DNA of 64,000 nucleotides, from positions 37,851 through 101,850 of the forward strand of contig SHWB01000003.1 in assembly GCA_009691025.1 (NCBI GenBank). Reading direction: 5' to 3'. Below are positions 60,810 to 64,000 of the stretch, piece after piece; position 1 is the stretch's first letter; each line of letters starts with the position of its first letter. This DNA comes from Alphaproteobacteria bacterium. GTDB lineage: Bacteria > Pseudomonadota > Alphaproteobacteria > UBA6615. Position numbers and translations under genes: made by a program. Below the pieces are notes generated by a model. The model saw only the letters and a list, made by a program, of their open reading frames with translations. It was not told where the DNA came from and searched no databases.

Positions 60810-62567
60810 ATGACCGCAGATCACGACGGCGTGCGCATGGCGCTGCTGTCCAACCGCCTAGAAGGCATCAGCCGCAAGATGGGAAACACGCTGCAGCGCA
60901 CCGGTCGCTCGGGCGTGCTCAACATCGCGCGCGACTTCTCCTGCTGCATCCTCACCGCCGGTGACGAGCTGGTCTCGGTCGCCGAGAGCCTGCCGATCCA
61001 CGTGCTGTCGGGGCCGGACATGATGGCAAGCTCGATGCGCGAGTTTCACCCGGAGCTGCGGCGCGGCGACGCCTACCTGCACAACTCGCCCTACCACGGC
61101 TGCTCGCACCCGGCCGATCACACCATCCTCGTGCCGGTGATGGACGATGACGGCGTGCATCGCTTCACCGTGCTGGCCAAGGCCCATCAGGCCGATATAG
61201 GCAACTCGATTCCGACGACCTATCACGGCACCGCGCGGGACGTGTACGAGGAGGGTGCGCTGATCTTCGCCGCCGTGAAGGTGCAGGAAGACTACAAGAC
61301 CAACATGGACATCGTGCGCATGTGCCGCATTCGCATCCGCGTGCCGGATCAATGGTACGGAGATTTCCTTGCCATGATCGGTGCGGCGCGCATTGGCGAG
61401 CGCGAGCTGCTGGCGCTCGGCCGCGAGGTCGGCTGGGACACGCTCGACCGCTTCGCCCGCGACTGGTTCGACTATTCCGAGAAGCGCATGATCGCCGCCA
61501 TCCGCAAGGTGCCCGCCGGCACGGCGACGCGCAGCAGCACGCATGACGCCATTCCCGGCACGCCGCCCGAAGGCATTACCATCAGATCCGTCGTCACCGT
61601 CGATCCGGCCGCCGGCAAGGTGACGGTCGACCTGCGCGACAATCCCGACAGCCTGCCCTGCGGCCTCAACCTGTCGGAGGCCTGCGCCCGCACGGCGGCG
61701 ATGGTCGGCGTGTTCAACTCCATCGATTATTCGGTCCCGAAGAATGCCGGCAGTTTCCGCCGCATCGAGGTGATAATGCGCGAGGGCTGCGTCGCCGGCA
61801 TCCCGCGCCATCCGACGAGCTGTTCGGCCGCCACGACGAACGTCGCCGACCGCGTCTCCAACCCGACCCAGGCGGCCATCGCCGAGATCGCCGACGGCAT
61901 CGGGCTGGCCGAGTGCGGCGGCATCATGACGCCAGCCCTCGGCGTCGTCTCCGGCACCGATCCGAAGAACGGCAAGCCTTACGTCAACCAGGTGATGATC
62001 GCCTTCACCGGCGGCGCTGGCGCGCCGCACGCCGATGCCTGGCAGACCATCTGCCATGTTGGCAATGGCGGGCTCTGCTACTACGATTCGATCGAGCTCG
62101 ATGAGCTGCGCCACCCGCTCTACATTCATGCCCGCCACTTCTCCGCCGACAGCGAGGGCGCCGGCCGCTTCTGCGGCGCGCGCGCGGCCTACAGCGAGTA
62201 TGGCCCAGCGCGCGGCGACATGGAGGTGGTATTCGTCTCCGACGGCACGACCAATGCCGCGCGCGGCGTGCGCGGCGGCCTCGACGGCGTGCGCGCGACG
62301 CAGTTCAAGGTGACGCGCAACGGCGGCCACGAGGACCTGCCGAACTGCGCCGTGGTGCGTCTGGCGTCCGGCGAGCGCATCGCCTCGACGACGACGGGAG
62401 GCGGCGGCTACGGCCCGCCGCGCGAGCGCGATCCCGATGCCGTGCGCCACGACGTGGCCGAGGGCTATGTCAGCCGCGAGCGGGCGCGCGCGATCTACGG
62501 CGTCGTCGTCGATGCCTACGGCACGGTCGACCGCGCGGCCACGGCGGCGCTGCGGGCGGCAGGTTGA
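60810..62567 (+). CDS. hydantoinase B/oxoprolinase family protein
   Basis: ATG at 60810: MTADHDGVRMALLSNRLEGISRKMGNTLQRTGRSGVLNIARDFSCCILT..; HyuB family, 585 aa. Confidence 0.9.
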   Translation: MTADHDGVRMALLSNRLEGISRKMGNTLQRTGRSGVLNIARDFSCCILTAGDELVSVAESLPIHVLSGPDMMASSMREFHPELRRGDAYLHNSPYHGCSHPADHTILVPVMDDDGVHRFTVLAKAHQADIGNSIPTTYHGTARDVYEEGALIFAAVKVQEDYKTNMDIVRMCRIRIRVPDQWYGDFLAMIGAARIGERELLALGREVGWDTLDRFARDWFDYSEKRMIAAIRKVPAGTATRSSTHDAIPGTPPEGITIRSVVTVDPAAGKVTVDLRDNPDSLPCGLNLSEACARTAAMVGVFNSIDYSVPKNAGSFRRIEVIMREGCVAGIPRHPTSCSAATTNVADRVSNPTQAAIAEIADGIGLAECGGIMTPALGVVSGTDPKNGKPYVNQVMIAFTGGAGAPHADAWQTICHVGNGGLCYYDSIELDELRHPLYIHARHFSADSEGAGRFCGARAAYSEYGPARGDMEVVFVSDGTTNAARGVRGGLDGVRATQFKVTRNGGHEDLPNCAVVRLASGERIASTTTGGGGYGPPRERDPDAVRHDVAEGYVSRERARAIYGVVVDAYGTVDRAATAALRAAG

Positions 62568-62575
62568 ATATGAAC

Positions 62576-62623
62576 CGTCATCCCGGGCGGAGCGCAGCGG
62601 AGGCCCGGGACCCATGAACACGG
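62576..62623 (+). repeat. MITE/REP-like element (family 2), copy D (half element)
   Basis: cgtcatcccgggcggagcgcagcggaggcccgggacccatgaacacgg; the same core as copies B and C, without the distal arm. Confidence 0.55.
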
Positions 62624-62694
62624 ACCGTGCGGATATCGTATGGCGGTAGACGGGATCGGTCGCGGCAAGGCTTCGGTGGCGCAGCGCGCGGGGC

Positions 62695-63324
62695 CTAGCC
62701 CTTCCCCACCATGCGCCGCACCAGCGTGACATGGATCGCCACCAGCGCGTCGAGGTCGAGGCGGCCGCCGGGGCGGTACCAGTGCACGACATGGTCGAGC
62801 ATGCCGAGGATTGCGAAGGCGGCCGCCGTCACGTCCGGCACGTCGAGCCCGTCCCACACGATGCCGTCGCGCAGCACGCCGCGCCACAGATCGAGGTAGC
62901 GGCGCTGCAGATCGTCTAGTGTGGCGCGCTGCGGCGCGCCCAGCGAATTGGCGAGGATGCCGGTGCCGTAGAGGCTCTCGTTGAGCATCGACTGGATGCT
63001 GACGCGCTGCTGGTCGGTGGCAATATGCACGCGCACCAGCGCCGCGATGCGCGCCCCGGTCTCGGTCCCGGCCGCGGCGACGGTGGCCTCGGCGCGCTCC
63101 ATCACCTGCTCCATGGAGAGCACGAGATGCGTGTAGAGGATCTCTTCCTTCGACTGGAAATGATAGTAGAGCGCCGGCGCGCTCACCTGCACCGCGCGCG
63201 CGATGGCGCCCATCGAGGTGCGCTCGTAGCCGCGCTCGGCGAACAGCGACGCCGCCGCCTCGAGGATGCGCTCGCGCGTATCGGCCGCCTCGCCCGCCGA
63301 TTTCCGCTTCGTCGCCATCGCCAT
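62695..63324 (-). CDS. TetR/AcrR family transcriptional regulator
   Basis: 209-aa ORF ..TRERILEAAASLFAERGYERTSMGAIARAVQVSAPALYYHFQSKEEIL..; N-terminal HTH. Confidence 0.88.
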   Translation of the reverse strand: MAMATKRKSAGEAADTRERILEAAASLFAERGYERTSMGAIARAVQVSAPALYYHFQSKEEILYTHLVLSMEQVMERAEATVAAAGTETGARIAALVRVHIATDQQRVSIQSMLNESLYGTGILANSLGAPQRATLDDLQRRYLDLWRGVLRDGIVWDGLDVPDVTAAAFAILGMLDHVVHWYRPGGRLDLDALVAIHVTLVRRMVGKG

Positions 63325-63439
63325 GCCAGTGCCCGCCCGAGGTTTTCCCTAATGAGCATTAAGTAAACGGTTACGGCGGTGGTCGAGGCAAGCTAGATTG
63401 TGCCGCTCCAGCCCACCGGCCCATCGGAGAACCCTGCCC

Positions 63440-64000
63440 ATGACCGCCGCAACGACGACGAAAGTACCTGTCGCTGGCATCTGCCAGCCGCGCTTCGCCG
63501 CCGTGCGCCGCGCCTTCGAGCGGATCGTCGGCGAGAGGACGCCGGCCGGGCGCGAGATAGGCGCCTGCGTCTCTGTCGTGCTCGACGGCGCGACCGTGGT
63601 CGATCTGTGGGGCGGCTTCCGCGACCGCGCGCGCACGAAGCCCTGGGAGCCCGACACCATCACCTGCATGATGTCGGTGGCCAAGGCCTCGGCCTCGGTC
63701 TGCGCCCATGTGCTGATCGATCGCGGCCTGCTCGATCCCGAGGCCACCGTCGCGGCCTACTGGCCGGCCTTCGGCCAGGCCGGCAAGGAGCGCATGACGG
63801 TGCGCGAGCTGCTGTCGCATCGCGGCGGCGTGCTCTACGCCGACGCCGCGCCGCCCGGCTCGCTGTGGCAGGCGGGCGTGGTCGAGCGGGCGCTGGAGGT
63901 GCAGGCGACGGAATGGGTGCCGGGTACGGACGCCGCTTATCATTCCTTCACCTACGGACCGCTGGTCGAGGGCCTCGTGCGGCGCGTTTCTGGCCGCACG
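63440..64000 (+). CDS. serine hydrolase, beta-lactamase/esterase (class C-like) family; 3' end outside the window
   Basis: ATG at 63440: MTAATTTKVPVAGICQPRFAAVRRAFERIV..ITCMMSVAKASASVCAHVLIDRGLL..TVRELLSHRGG..; S-x-x-K motif (SVAK). Open to the window end, so absent from the ORF track. Confidence 0.72.
   Translation, partial: MTAATTTKVPVAGICQPRFAAVRRAFERIVGERTPAGREIGACVSVVLDGATVVDLWGGFRDRARTKPWEPDTITCMMSVAKASASVCAHVLIDRGLLDPEATVAAYWPAFGQAGKERMTVRELLSHRGGVLYADAAPPGSLWQAGVVERALEVQATEWVPGTDAAYHSFTYGPLVEGLVRRVSGRT

Noticed and set aside
56286-62623. The repeated ~50-125-bp elements as a CRISPR array
   Set aside because: The copies are 1-3 kb apart and separated by full-length genes. One copy is inverted, the copies are internally palindromic with terminal inverted repeats, and no cas genes are present.

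Overview
High-GC (about two-thirds G+C by eye) alphaproteobacterial chromosome segment. The gene order looks like Hyphomicrobiales/Rhizobiales. In order: edge fragment of an MmeI/PglX-like RM enzyme; ndk; small cox-IV-like protein; purN-purM, divergent from DUF2066 / CDP-alcohol phosphatidyltransferase / AI-2E permease / hdaA; vapBC; ppk1-ppx; M23 peptidase and rnd; aspS; two paralogous lipoproteins and eipB; ROK kinase-dinB; divK-like regulator; rpmG; S41 peptidase; rnr-topA-dprA-plsY; TRAP transporter dctPQM; pyrC-pyrB; rfbF; ruvX; gatCAB; thiolase plus two tandem acyl-CoA synthetases; anti-sigma factor; SDR; Liv-type ABC transporter; solitary CoxL-like molybdoenzyme subunit; class IV aminotransferase, HpcH aldolase, hyuAB, TetR and a beta-lactamase-family hydrolase. 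I saw no rRNA, tRNA, CRISPR array or intact mobile element. Most of the window is ordinary core genome, and I did not find a convincing new multi-gene system. The most unusual signal is that six genes are broken in the same way. Their in-frame TAG/TAA codons sit where a Glu codon is expected, demonstrably so in the divK-like gene and dprA, and they also carry single-base deletions, while neighbouring housekeeping genes are intact. Other points: purM and ruvX have no ATG/GTG/TTG start upstream of their conserved N-termini. There is a 95-bp stretch of about 20% GC downstream of rnr. There are three families of intergenic palindromic or MITE-like repeats, and one family has four copies that separate the genes of the hyuAB catabolic cluster. 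The many long Arg/Ala-rich ORFs in the track are antisense or out-of-frame shadows of real genes.
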